Shown piece after piece: positions 41,216 through 54,344 of a stretch of DNA of 64,000 nt (position 1 is the first letter of the stretch; every line of letters begins with the position of its first letter). The notes under the pieces are model-generated. The model did not search any database, was not told the origin of the DNA, and saw only the letters and a list, made by a program, of their open reading frames with translations. The stretch is from Felis catus (lineage: Eukaryota). The DNA is taken from the NCBI RefSeq assembly GCF_018350175.1, contig NC_058368.1:12152001-12216000 (forward strand). Direction: 5' to 3'. Position numbers and translations under genes: made by a program.

Positions 41216-42294
41216 AAATTACTATCATGGACAGTTCAGCAGGGCCAGCCATCCAGCTCCTATGAGCTATTTTTCATTTTTAAATTTTAAGTGAAAAAAA
41301 AAAACCAAAACTCTAAAGCAATACATGTGTATGGTAGGAAATGAAAAAATATAGATAAGCAAATTGAAGAGAATTATACCACCCACAATCCTGCTACAAA
41401 AGCTCTTTTAACAACTTATAAATCATTTCAGATTTGTATGTGTTTTCCTTTAATAAAAAATTCTGTTAAACTCTACTTACTAGTTTGTAGCCTGCTTTTC
41501 TGTTCAGTTAGTATTTTAGAAACAGTTTTAACATGTAAATGGATGTTCTTCTGTATTGTTTATAATGTCTGAATAGTAGTATATCTTTAGTCATACCATA
41601 ATGTGTTAAAAAAATGCACGTATGGGTGTGAATGTATTTGAATATTGGACATTTCAATTGTTTCAATATTTCGCTATTGGAAATAGTTCATAGATAAACA
41701 TTCTTACATACACCCTTAATTACTTCCCTGAGTCTATGTCAATAGCTTTATTAAATGTCAATCTTAAAATAACAAGTTTGTAAGATTAATGTACCTGGAA
41801 TAATTAGAAAGCAATGCAAAACCAAACATAACCATGTGTCCCTCTTAATCGTCCTTAGTTGTTGCCACACCTTAAGTAGTGACCGTCCCACACCTTGCCT
41901 TACAGTAGTCGACTACTCAAATCTACCATCAGAAAATGGAATGAAGGTGAATGAAGCAGGGTTCAGTTGAGTTTAACAGGCAATGGAAGGGGATGAGGGA
42001 AGCCAGGGAGCTCAGTCTGGGGAGGAAGGCATCATTACCTGCAGTAGATGCAAGAGAGGTATGCCTGAGACTCAGAGAGCACCCAGAGGAGGGACATGCA
42101 GCCCAGTGTGACAGGTTGGGTGGGGGTGAGGGTGGGGGGGCCTCCATGAGTGGGATGACCACCAAGTTGGGCTGTGGTGGAGAGCAGTCAAATAACAGAT
42201 CAAGTAGGGGTTTGGGGAGTAGGGTGAGTGGTTAAGACAAGTGACATCCAAGATGCTTTCTATATTTGTTTGCAATCTCCAGAAAAACAGTTCA

Positions 42295-43034
42295 CCCTTC
42301 CTTCCCTTTTTGGTTCTCTTCAGCCCCTCAATGCATGGGTTGATGGCAGTCCACATTGGTGAGGGTGGTCTCCTTTACTCAGCCTTCCTATTCAAATGCT
42401 AATCTCTTCCAGAAATACCCTCATAGACACACCCAGAAATAATGTTGTTATGGTTTTGTTAAATTAACATTTGTTAAGTGGAGCATAGTGCTGTATGGTG
42501 AGCCCCAGTTCAACAACAGAGCACAAGAGAACTTGAAATAGAGAAGTCTGTTACTCACAGGTCCTGGAGGAAGTACTTGGCCTTAAGGGGCCACATGGGG
42601 AGGTCAAGGCAAAGTACAGACAAAGAGAGAGGCAGAACTCAAATACATGGCTTGATTAGGGTTCTTAGGCAAGGGCCAGATTGGTCAATTCAAACCAGAA
42701 AGAGGATTTTAGTAAGCTCCGTGGTGGTCTATCTAAAGAACCCATAAGGCATACAGGGGCTGGGAGCAAGGGGCGATTCTGGATCACAAGGGCGGTTAGG
42801 GAGGTCATGTCAGGACCTTAAATTTGATTGTGACCCTGCAGGCTGCTGTCTAGGGCATGCACTTGCAGGAGGGGCTGATGTCAGGTCAAGGTCCCTCAAG
42901 GCTGCACGGCCAAACAAAATGGCTGCTGAGGCAGCATTACCATGGCATAGTTTAGCTAAACCCTTGACAAGCATTTTACCAGCTATCTGGGGGGCCCTAA
43001 GTCCAGTCAAATTGACACATAAAATTAACCATCA
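42295..43034 (-). mobile_element. MLT-type (MaLR/ERVL) LTR 5' part, split by a nested LTR
   Basis: TTCAAATGCTAATCTCTTCCAGAAATACCCTCATAGACACACCCAGAAATAATGT resumes at TTTACCAGCTATCTGG...TTGACACATAAAATTAACCATCA. Confidence 0.75.
42446..42969. mobile_element. Nested solo LTR (524 bp)
   Basis: Termini TGTTA...TGACA; interrupts a contiguous MLT sequence. Confidence 0.65.
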
Positions 43035-45381
43035 ACTTCCCAATGCTGCAAATATATACTTCTATAAAATAATAAACTACTTAGTAGACATTTTTACTTG
43101 CATCATATCACTTGATCCCCATCGTGTCCTTGCAGGAGAATAGATGCTGTCCCCATTGATACTGAGAAGTACCTGAGGCTCACACTGGTAATGGAAGGGG
43201 GAGATGGGATCCCAACCTAAGCCCTAAGCCTCTTCTAATCCAAACCCCAGGTGGCATCAGTACCTCACTTGGGTGCTCTTGGGCTGAATTCCTTAGCAGG
43301 TGATATTCCCTGGACCTGCTATGCTTTCCTTTTTTTTTTTTTTTTTTTTTTCTGTTCATCCTTTAAGGAGAAGGAGTAAGCATTCATGGAGACCTTATTG
43401 AATGCAGACTCTGTGTTAGGTGTTTTATGTAAATTATTTCATTGTCATAACATCTCTGTGAAAGACACAAGGAAGTTAGTCTCACCTGCCAGGTTAGGTA
43501 GTGTGGTTAAAGGCACCCAAAAATGTGACAGGGCAGGAAGTTTATCTGACATTAGAGACCACGTGTACATTTCTGTGTGGCCCAGGGCATTGGTTTCCTA
43601 GCCAGACTTCCTCTGCACCGTGTCAAAATATCCAAGGTTAGAGGAGTGGTCCATTAGTGTAGGCTATTCTATGGTAGGACTCCTACTTCTGCTACCTGCA
43701 AAACTGACCCAGATTAGGAAGTTCTTGGGTTGCTCTCACTCTTGCCTGGCCTCTTATTTCTATCACAGCAGCTGGTCTGTCAAGGTGTGTCTGTTAGACT
43801 TAGAACACGAGTGCCTGTGGGCCTCAGTTGGGCCAAGTTAAGAAAGTGCCCTGATCTGACATTCTGAGGACTAGCCTGAGATGTTCCTTTTCTTTTCTAT
43901 TTAACTGTTAAGCGACATGACAAGATGTCTTGACAATGGGGAAGAGAGATATCGGGTGGTGGAGGGGAGGAAGATAAAGGTGGGGGACACCACAAGACCA
44001 GCAGCGTAGCACGACTGAGCCCCCCCCGCCCCGAACCACATGGGTGAATGCTACTATTCTTCTGATCAATCTTTTATTCTCCCTTTCTTTCTTAGCATAT
44101 GGGTAGAAAAAATATATTCAGTGGAAAGAAACATAGTAGATATTTACTAAGAAACTAAAAATGAGAGTTAGACATAAACTATTTTATTCCACTGAAATAT
44201 TTGGCTGAACTCATAAGAACAGTGATAAGATCATTCTTGGACACCTGCACTGAAATGAACCACGAGAAGAATATTTAGGGAAAATGAAGAGCATATTTGG
44301 CATACTGAAAGAGCTTCTTCAGGCCCAGGGAGCGGGATGAAATTGGCATGATCATTTTGGAGAATATGAGTCAAACAGAGAACTGGAATGAGGTTTTCAA
44401 GGAGGATATATTAGGGGAGTAAAAGGCCAATAAACAGCCCTTGTGTTTGTAGAAAAATATGGAGAGTAAATCAAGGAATTCAAAAGTGAAGAGAAAATTC
44501 AAATAAGGGAGGAAAAACCCTGTAATCCTCACTGGTCTTCATAAACACAAAGAAAACAAGTGAAAATGAGATATCAGAAGTCAGCAAGATTTTATGGGAG
44601 TATAAAGTTAATCTTAAGCAAAGCCCATTTCATTGCTGTAGGAAACTCCCAGCTGAGTGCTGACTAACTATGGACAGCTGATCTCCTCAAAGCCAAGTTT
44701 GGGTGATTCTTGCTCTTGGCTCATACCCTCGCACTTCTGGGTCCTGTGCGAACCAACACTGTCCCAGAGTTCCAGAGGGTGGGCTGAGGCTAGATATTGG
44801 AGTTGGCCCTTTACTTTATTGTGCTGATTCTTCTTAGGGAAGAATAAAAATTAAGAATAAAGGGACACGTGTTAGAATTTTAGCTGTCAGAGATGAATAC
44901 AAAATATCAAATTGACTCCAACAACTTGAGTCACCTCGAAAACTCCCAGTCTCTTAGGATAAAAAATATATAATCCTATTTAGAAATTCCTGGTGTGGTC
45001 ATAATGCAGGATTGGTTCTTTTCACGAAGCCTATTAATTAAAAATTACATAATCCAAAGTCAATTAAGTAGTAAGATATTATAACAAATTCTTATTTCAT
45101 TAACTTCTCAGAGTATGAATAATGACTTCAAGACAAGAAATTCACATTTTCCACTGGCTACTGAAAAACAATAGAAATAATTCCAGTCGTGGTAGCAGCT
45201 CACTGTGGGCTGACCTACCCCTGAAATAACTTATTGTTTCCAGGTGACTTTTACATTGTGGGGTGATTCATTAAGTTAGGCTTGATGTGAAACAGACACC
45301 AATAGAGTTGAGGATTCAGAAATGTATTGCATATTTCTTCTCGCAATCAGAGAGAAATTCACCATGGCTTTTCTTTTATAG

Positions 45382-45957
<576 letters not shown>

Positions 45958-46635
45958 TAATAAACTATGTGAATTTATAGATTTTAATTGTAATGAAGAA
46001 ATTCATTTTGGCAATAGTAGAAATGCACTTATGTAACACCTTTCTCATTTGGGGACTTGAGGAACTTAAATTCATTTTTAAACTCATTTTGAAAATGAGA
46101 AACTGGGTTATAATGTGTGAAAACACTTGACTTTCAGAGTTAGTACTCTAGAATTTCAGATTATATTAAGGATTAAGTGAATCCCAGGACATCTAGATCT
46201 CTGTACATGTTTTTGGGTTCTTATTATTTGCACTGAATAAAACAATTTTTAAAGAAAAAAGAAGATCAACCCTTTCTGAAGAAAATATTAAGTAGTTTAT
46301 TCTTTTAAAGATTGTGTTCACTTATTGTGGCAAGCACAATGCTAGGATAGAAAATGGAGCAAGACCATCATCTCAGGCCCAAAGAACATCTACTGGAAAT
46401 AAAAATATTCCAAGTAAAAGCATACTGGAGATAAGCATGTTGGTGAAGACATTTGTTTGTAGAATTACCCGAGTGTGACAGCCTTTTATTAGTAAGAAAG
46501 GTCATTGGTTTACCAAACAGTGACCATTATACACAACTTATTTCCATAAGTAGTAAACCCCTCAAATGCTCTTGACACATGAGGCCAGTGCCTGGCTAGG
46601 GGTCACATTGTTCTTGTCCTCTCTTCTCTTTGCAG

Positions 46636-46904
46636 CCATTAGGCTGGATGGGGTGGACGTCATTGGGTACACGGCCTGGTCCCTTATGGATGGCTTCGAA
46701 TGGCACAGAGGTTACAGCATCAGGCGTGGACTCTTCTATGTTGACTTTCTAAGCCAGGATAAGAAACTGTTGCCGAAATCTTCAGCCTTGTTCTACCAAA
46801 AGCTGATAGAGAAAAATGGCTTCCCTCCTTTACCTGAAAATCAACCTCTAGAAGGGACATTTCCCTGTGACTTTGCTTGGGGAATTGTTGACAACTACAT
46901 TCAA
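46636..46904 (+). CDS. KL: Klotho exon 3 (269 nt, membrane-form donor)
   Basis: Acceptor ctcttctctttgcAG|CCATT. Encodes [23 protein letters not shown]...[27 protein letters not shown]. Donor CAA|GTAAGT at 46904/46905. Confidence 0.97.
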
Positions 46905-46954
46905 GTAAGTCAGCTGACAAAACCAATCAGCAGTCTCACCAAGCCCTATCGCTA
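46905..46954 (+). CDS. KL: 50-nt alternative extension of exon 3 (truncated 'secreted' Klotho isoform, tail [16 protein letters not shown])
   Basis: A second GTAAGT donor at 46955-46960 lies exactly 50 nt after the first. The translation matches the known secreted-isoform tail. Confidence 0.88.
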
Positions 46955-47675
46955 GTAAGTAGTGCTTCCTTATTAGGTTGTCATGACACATTGTCCATTC
47001 TTTGGGCCAGACGTGATTCCTTAATGAGAACATTAAGGGCACAATTTGGAACGCTGCACCCTTCTCTCCACAAATCTTCCTAGCTTCATCTTGCACTTTA
47101 AATCAGTCCCAAAGGAGGAACAGATTTAAAATATATGAATATTTAATATCTGAAAAGATAGTAAAAAGATAAAAATACTCCCTTTTAATACAGTGGTTTT
47201 GGATGCTTTTTAAAGCAGTTGAGTTCTTCCATAAACAAGATAGGACAAACAACTTCAAATTTTCTGAGATCTCAGTGGAGCTGCTGAGTCTGAGGCAGGA
47301 ACATTAGGCAGAGCCCTGCCGGGGCTTAGCTGCACCCTGTTGCAGAAGCATCTCAAGCGGTGAAAACTCTTGCTCCAATGGTTCACTGCTTGAAGTTTCA
47401 TTTCTAGAACTAGCTATCGAAAGGGTAAGGAAGTTCTTCAAAATGGTCAACCAATATTTATTGAGCACTTACTACTTAGTTAATCCTCAGTATATTTTTA
47501 ACTTCCCAATTTTAAAGGAATTTGTTTTCTGGAGCTTGATGGACTATTTTAGGAGGCACTTATTGGATGCTTAGCATGCACAAAGCCCTGTGTTCATTGC
47601 CGGGGATGCTCCGTTGAGGGGAGTGCACACTGACATGGGTAAGATTGACCCCTGATTTCAAAGAGATCTACTGCT

Positions 47676-47940
47676 GGGCGCCTGGGTGGCTCAGTTGGTT
47701 AAGAATCTGACTTTGCTTCAGGTCATGATCTCACAGCTCGTGATTTTGAGTCCCACGTAGGGTAAGCTTGAGCCCCGCTTCAGGTGAACACAAGCCCTGC
47801 TTCGAGTGAGCCCCTCTCCTCTCTCTCTCTCTGCACCTCATGGGATTCTCTCTCTCTCCCTCTCTCTCTGCCCTCGCTTATTTGCACCCTGTCTCAAAAC
47901 CAAAAAAACAAACAAAACAAAAAAACAAACAAACAAAAAA
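47676..47940 (+). mobile_element. CAN-SINE with internally reiterated segment
   Basis: SINEC head, repeated GAGCCC..CTTC units, near-TSD AGAGRTCTACTG. Confidence 0.88.
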
Positions 47941-48082
47941 ACTCATAGAGGTCTACTGAAGGAAAATGATTGATGTACAAATAATATAATAGAGTGCATG
48001 GAGCATGGTGTTAAGTGAGCAGGTGCTGGTGGGGTGTTGTTGAAAAGTCTGAGTGTGAAAATAGAAATCAAGACAGAGACAT

Positions 48083-48218
48083 GGGCGCCTGGGCCGCTCA
48101 GCTGGTTAAGCATCCGAATCTTGATTTTGGTTCAGGTCGTGATCACTCAGGTCATGATCTCACAGTTCGTGAGTTCAAGCCTGTGTTGGGCTCCATGCTG
48201 ACAGCACGAGCCTACTTG

Positions 48219-48252
<34 letters not shown>

Positions 48253-48315
48253 CTTCCACCACTTGCATATACACACACACTCCCTCTCTCTCAAAATAAA
48301 TAAATATTAAAATAA
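48083..48315 (+). mobile_element. CAN-SINE
   Basis: SINEC motifs; internal duplication TCAGGTCRTGATC. Confidence 0.9.
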
Positions 48316-48404
48316 GAGACAGAGACAAAGTGTGGTATCCATAGACAAGCAAAGGCATTTGGCACTTAGCATGCTGTCGGATGCTTCTAGCCAACTCACT
48401 GGTG

Positions 48405-48990
48405 CAGTAGGAGAGGAAAATCACTTTCCCTCTACCCTTCTGAGTTCTTTAATTATAGGGAAAATTAAAAACAGACTAAAAAGAGAAACACAAGCAGGAG
48501 TATCTCAACATGTGTACCTGATATATACATGAGAGATACTCAGACAAAAATGAGTTAAGTCCTTGAAGTGACTTAGAAGTCAGGCTTAAGTACCAGCTTA
48601 ATAGAAAAAGCTGGAAGCAGAGGTAGGATATATGTCTCTTAGGGAAGAATAAGCAATTTTTAGGAAAGATGGATGGGCCCTTAGAAGGATAGATGGGAGC
48701 CACAAGAGTTTCTGACAAAGTCTGTCTGGGTCTTGTGGTGGCCTCTGGTCTCCTGTGACGTGTCTCGAGCTTCCCTGGGTGATGAAACTCCTGGGAGGGA
48801 TTGATGAGAACAGAGTTCCTTCTGGAGCATCTGTCTTTAGGCAGGTAAGGGGAGTTCAGAGAAAGCCTTTCCCTGCATGTTATTATTCGAGTGCCTACAG
48901 CTCAAAATAGTATACCAGAGGGGCATATTTTGGGGCGGCAGGCCCTGAACTACGGTCACATTTTGGGGTGGCATATTCTGTTACCCTTCA
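48405..48990 (-). mobile_element. Probable ERV solo LTR
   Basis: Ends ATTTTGGGGTGGCATATTCTGTTACCCTTCA (TGAAGGG.. on minus), typical of ERV1-class LTR starts; recognition only. Confidence 0.55.
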
Positions 48991-49186
48991 GCTCAAAACA
49001 AGTATTTGGAAGAATGGTTGGATCTGAGGGAGGTTCTTTTAGTTGAGCTGGGTTGCTGTTTTCTTGTAAACATCAAATGGCAGTCCTTTATAAGGAAATA
49101 AATAACACATTCCTTCATACATTTTTTGCTGGGTTGTATTATTCTTAGGTCTTTTGAAGACCTCCGTTTAAAAGACTTAGTTTTAA

Positions 49187-49390
49187 GGCACCTGGGTGGC
49201 TCAGTCAGTTAAGTTTCCAACTTGGGCTCAGGTCATGATCTCACGGGTTCGAGCCCCGTGTCAGTCTCTGTGCTGACAGCTCAGAGTCTGGAACCTGCTT
49301 CGGTTTCTGTGTCTCCCTCTCTCTCTCTGCCCCTCCCCTGATTGTGCATGCCCCCTCCCCCCAAAATAAACAAACATTTAAGAAAAAACT
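49187..49390 (+). mobile_element. CAN-SINE
   Basis: TSD ACTTAGTTTTAAG. Confidence 0.92.
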
Positions 49391-51751
49391 TAGTTTTAAG
49401 TCTCAGTCTTAAATCCCTTCTTACATTTAAAAGGCGACTGAGGGACATGTATTAGCCAGGATGTCTGAGCGTAGCTCTGCCCTGTTGGGTTTGGGGTTTT
49501 CCGCCCTCCTTCTCTCTCCTCCCTCAGCCTCTGCTCCTACCCCCTTTTCCTAATTTCTCTCCTGCAAGTGGGAACGACAGTGGGCTTCAAATAGGGTCTG
49601 GAGGTGCAGAAGTGGCTGGTGAGATGGGCTCCCCATCCTTCCCTGGTCTTTGTTCTCTCTCATGACCTTGTGCCAGGCCCCACTCCCTGCCAGGCTCTGT
49701 GCCCTTGGTCACTGAGGGCTCATGCTCCGCCCTGATGTCTAATAGCAGGGCAGGTAGTTCCCGCTTCAGTTTTCCACCAGCATCTCTGTGCAGGCAGTGT
49801 GAACTTGGGAGGGACTGCACATTGGAGGGAACTCCTTCCCTCCTGCTCTGCTCCCCACCCCAGGGAGGGTTTGCCTTGGGAACCGGTAAGTAGTGAGAAG
49901 GTTTTAAGAGGACCACCTATTTCCTCAAGAGAGCAGAGAAACTCTAGGCACATGCAACAAGTATGGCAGTGAGGAGGAAGGCAGATGGGGAGAGAATTGC
50001 TTTTTCTACCCCTCGGGGGCCGTTGTTTTAAAATTTGATCTGATGCCAACGAGACATTAGCCCTGGAGGCTGCATTGCCATTTTACCTCATCACTTCCGG
50101 GGTCGTGGTGGTGGTGGTGGTTGGGGGGGGGTGGGGGTCTCTGTTCCTCCACCCACTGGAGCTCCCCAGTCTCTCCCACACCGAACCAGCCAAACACAAA
50201 ACAACTCACTCTCAGACCCTCGGTGGGTGAACTTCTCCAGAAGCTCTCTGGTGGGAAAAGGTTGCCACTGCTGTGTTGTTCTTCCTGCTTTTCACCTTGA
50301 GCTTGGCATTATTTTGGCAGGGCCCCTTCCTGGGGGAACCTCCTAACCGACAAAGTGAAATCAGGGCAGTTCCGAGGAGCGTGTGCCTATGTTTTCATTT
50401 ACAAGCTGTTCTCTATACTTTTCGTACATTGAATTAAAGTCCTGAGAAGTAACTTTTAAACCATTGAAAGTTATCTTTTCCCTCCTGGCTGGTATTTCAG
50501 GGACTCCCAGGGTCACTGTCCCTGGACAACCACGAATGCTCATAATAAATATAGGTACAGAACCTGCCACATGCTGGGGACACAAAGCCTGTTTAACATT
50601 GGCCACTAACAGGAGAAGGCTTCTTCCACGATAAACGAAATATATACTTTATATCCATTTCTGAAAGGCTGCCCTTAATTTTTTCATTTTTTTATTAAGA
50701 AAAGTTGACAAATTAATGGAGGTTAGATAGAATTGTGCCTAAGTACTTATTTCTAAGCGTCCTGTAGTTTCAAGAAACAGATCCCCGCCTCCCCCCTCCC
50801 CCCGGAAATTGTACCTTAGTCTCTCATATTTATTTGCAGATGGACTGAATAAAACCTGCTGTTTTGGAAAAATTGTGGTAGAAAATGTATAAATTTAGTC
50901 AACTCAGAGCTCTATAAAAATAAGCCAAAGAATTCCTTCAAGCTATGAACACTTTCACTTCAAAAGAGCATGCAAATATTTTCTCTTGCAAAGCTGAGGA
51001 AACAAGATTTGTGGGTGCATCACAGTGGAAAAATACTTCTCACAGCATTCCCACCGTACTAGGGGACACGCATGCGTGGGTGATCTACAAGAGACGGTTC
51101 TCCAGAGAAAGCAATTTCCCTCTGACACGCTGGGTTTTTATTACTTTTCCTTTATAAACACAGCACTGACCCCTCCAGAGGAACAGCAACTCGGGCCCGC
51201 AAAATGCAACAAAACTTCTGCTAGAGGTCCCTAAATGGAGTTAGACCCCAGCTTGCATACAGAGGGTCAAACCAAGGGGCCTGTTTGAACAGGATTGTTT
51301 CTGAGGAGAAAACTGGTTCCATCAAGTGGTTCCTTGGGATGAACTTTCAGTTTGCATTTTCCTCCATGGTTTACACGTGGAGGGAGGATTTTTTGATTTC
51401 AGTTTACGTCTGCTCTTCCTAAATACTTATTTCCATTTTGGAGGCTTATGGATCAGATGATTGACAGCCATTATTGTCATGATCATCACAGAAAAATAAT
51501 GTAGAAAAACCTAAAAACTATGTTACAATAGCCCGATCTGTGGAAATGACAACATCGTTCCTCATTACCACATTCTCTATCACTTTTACCATCAGATTGA
51601 ATTGGTTAAATCCGGTCTTTGACACTAAAGGCAATAAAAAGCAACAGTCACTGGTTTTTAGCATGGTCTCTACCTACAGCAAACTTCAGTTTGGAACACG
51701 ATTTTAAGAAGTACAATTTAGTTTAATTTTTTAAATTTTTAAAAATATACT

Positions 51752-51934
51752 TTTTAAAGTTTATTTGGGGGGGGGGGGAGAGGCAGAGAGAGGAAGAGAC
51801 AGGGGATCCTAAGCAGGCTCTGTGCTGTCAGCGCAGAGCCTCTCACGGGGCTCGAACTCAGGAAACGTGAGATCATGATCTGACCCGAAACCAGGAGTCC
51901 CACGCTTAACCGACTGAGCCACCCAGGTGCCCCC
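51752..51934 (-). mobile_element. CAN-SINE
   Basis: SINEC motifs. Confidence 0.9.
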
Positions 51935-52350
51935 ATGATTTAATATTTCACATACCATTCTGCATTTTCTGATTCTAACTCAGGTTTTAGGCTTTATCTC
52001 TTCATCCATTTTTTTTTTTAATTTGGGAGTCTCATAATATTAGTAGTTTTTTTTTATATTAAAATGCAATCGTTCAAACATGCTTGCTTAACACAGACCA
52101 GAGGTGTGTGAGAAACATTGTCATCTGAAATGATCAAGAGTTAGAGCTAGGGGTAAAACAAATAGGCATCAAAGAGTGGAATGTGGTTTTTTTTGTTTTT
52201 GTTTTTGTTTTTTTTTCCAGGAACTTAACGACTTGGGAGGAATGGTTGAAATGGGTAGGGAGGCTCTATTTTTGCCCCTCTTGCTTGTTAGTTTCGCGGA
52301 AGGGATTGCGTGGGATTTCGTGAAGCTAACGCTTACTCCTCTGCTGGCAG

Positions 52351-53452
52351 GTGGACACCACTCTGTCTCAGTTTACCGACCCGAACGTTTACCTGTGGGA
52401 CGTCCACCACAGTAAGAGGCTAATTAAGGTGGACGGGGTTGTGACCAAGAAGCGGAAGTCCTACTGCGTGGACTTCGCTGCCATCCGGCCCCAGATAGCC
52501 TTACTCCAGGAGATGCACGTTTCCCATTTCCACTTCTCCCTGGACTGGGCCCTGATCCTGCCGCTGGGCAACCAGTCCCAGGTGAACCACACGGTCCTCG
52601 ACTACTACCGCTGCGTGGTCAGCGAGCTCGTGCGCGCCAACATCACCCCGGTGGTGGCGCTCTGGCGACCCGCGGCCCCGCACCAAGGGCTGCCGCGGCC
52701 CCTGGCCAAGCACGGAGCCTGGGAGAACCCCCACACCGCCTCGGCTTTTGCAGAGTACGCCCGGCTGTGTTTCAAGGATCTCGGCCACCACGTCAAGTTC
52801 TGGATCACGATGGGCGAGCCGTACACACGGAACATGACCTACAGCGCGGGGCACAATCTTCTGAAGGCTCACGCGTTGGCCTGGCGCGTGTACGATGAAA
52901 ACTTTCGGGGCTCTCAGAAGGGGAAAATATCCATAGCCCTGCAGGCCGACTGGATAGAGCCGGCCTGCCCTTTCTCCCAAAAGGACAAAGAAGTGGCAGA
53001 GAGAGTTTTGGAATTTGACATTGGCTGGCTGGCCGAGCCCATTTTCGGCTCTGGGGATTATCCGCGTGTGATGAGGGACTGGCTCACGCAGAGAAACAAT
53101 TTCCTTCTACCTTATTTCACTGAAGATGAAAAAAAGCTAATCCGGGGTTCCTTCGACTTTCTGGCCGTAAGCCATTACACCACCATCCTCGTCGACTGGG
53201 AAAAAGAAGATCCAATGAAATACAACGATTACCTGGAGGTGCAGGAAATGACCGACATCACGTGGCTCAACTCCCCCAGTCAGGTGGCAGTAGTGCCCTG
53301 GGGCTTACGCAAAATTCTCAACTGGCTGAAGTTGAAGTACGGAGACCTCCCCATGTATATAATATCCAACGGCATAGACGATGATCCGCAGGCAGCGCAA
53401 GACAAGCTGAGGGTGTATTACATGCAAAATTATGTAAATGAAGCTCTGAAAG
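52351..53452 (+). CDS. KL: Klotho exon 4 (1102 nt, most of KL2 domain)
   Basis: Acceptor ctgctggcAG|GTGGAC ([10 protein letters not shown]...). Contains [23 protein letters not shown]. Donor AAAG|GTAAGG, phase 1. Confidence 0.97.
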
Positions 53453-54006
53453 GTAAGGAGCCCCGGAAACAGCAGCCCCTCGAAGCGTATGTCACGCGAG
53501 GGCGTGGTACTCCATAGGCACCCTCAAACGAATACACCCACTGTCGCCTGGGAAGCAAAGTGCTTGCTATCCGTTCCTTGCCACACTGAAAAAGTCCAAG
53601 AGAGAGTTAGTATTTTCCCTTCAGGATAATGGAGTTTAGCTAAAAGTCAAAGACCCTGGGGGGGGGGGGGGCGGGCGGGGAGGGGGGAATGCCTAGCACC
53701 TGCTGGGGCCTATAAAAGCATGGCCTTTCTTGTCCCCCATTTCAGACGGCTTCACAGCAGTCTTACCTCCTTCATTGTGCATGAAGATTTAACCCAAGTA
53801 CATCAGAGTAGGTTTAATTATGTAAAACCTTCTACGTTAACTGTAGCTCAATGTTTGTCCTCGCATGAAGGAAGCCTGTTGTGATCAAACCTAATTTAGT
53901 TTTATTAAATAGTATTGAAATTTTCTCCGATGCACCAAGGCTGTGTAAAAGTGAAGTGCTGCGTGCAAAAAATTTTAATAACTATTCTGTCCTTTTGTTT
54001 TTCTAG

Positions 54007-54344
54007 CCTACGTATTGGATGGTGTCAATCTTTGTGGATACTTTGCTTATTCATTCAATGATCGCACAGCTCCAAAGTTTGGCTTCTATCATTACGCTGC
54101 AAATCAGTTTGAGCCCAAACCGTCCATGAAACATTATCGGAAAATGATTGACAGCAATGGCTTCTCGGGTCCTGAAACTCTGGGGAGATTTTGTCCAGAA
54201 GAATTCACCCTGTGCACCGAATGTGGCTTTTTTCACACCCGCAAATCTTTACTGGCTTTCATAGCTTTCCTACTTTTTGCTTTTATTATTTCTCTTTCTC
54301 TGATTTTTTACTACTCTAAGAAAGGCAAAAGAAGTTACAAGTAG
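54007..54344 (+). CDS. KL: Klotho exon 5 CDS (end of KL2, stalk, TM helix, cytoplasmic tail, stop)
   Basis: Acceptor ttttgtttttctAG|CCTAC. Hydrophobic stretch [22 protein letters not shown], then SKKGKRSYK and TAG at 54342-54344. Confidence 0.97.

Noticed and set aside
52501..52980. 159-aa antisense ORF over exon 4
   Set aside because: Shadow of a GC3-rich coding frame.
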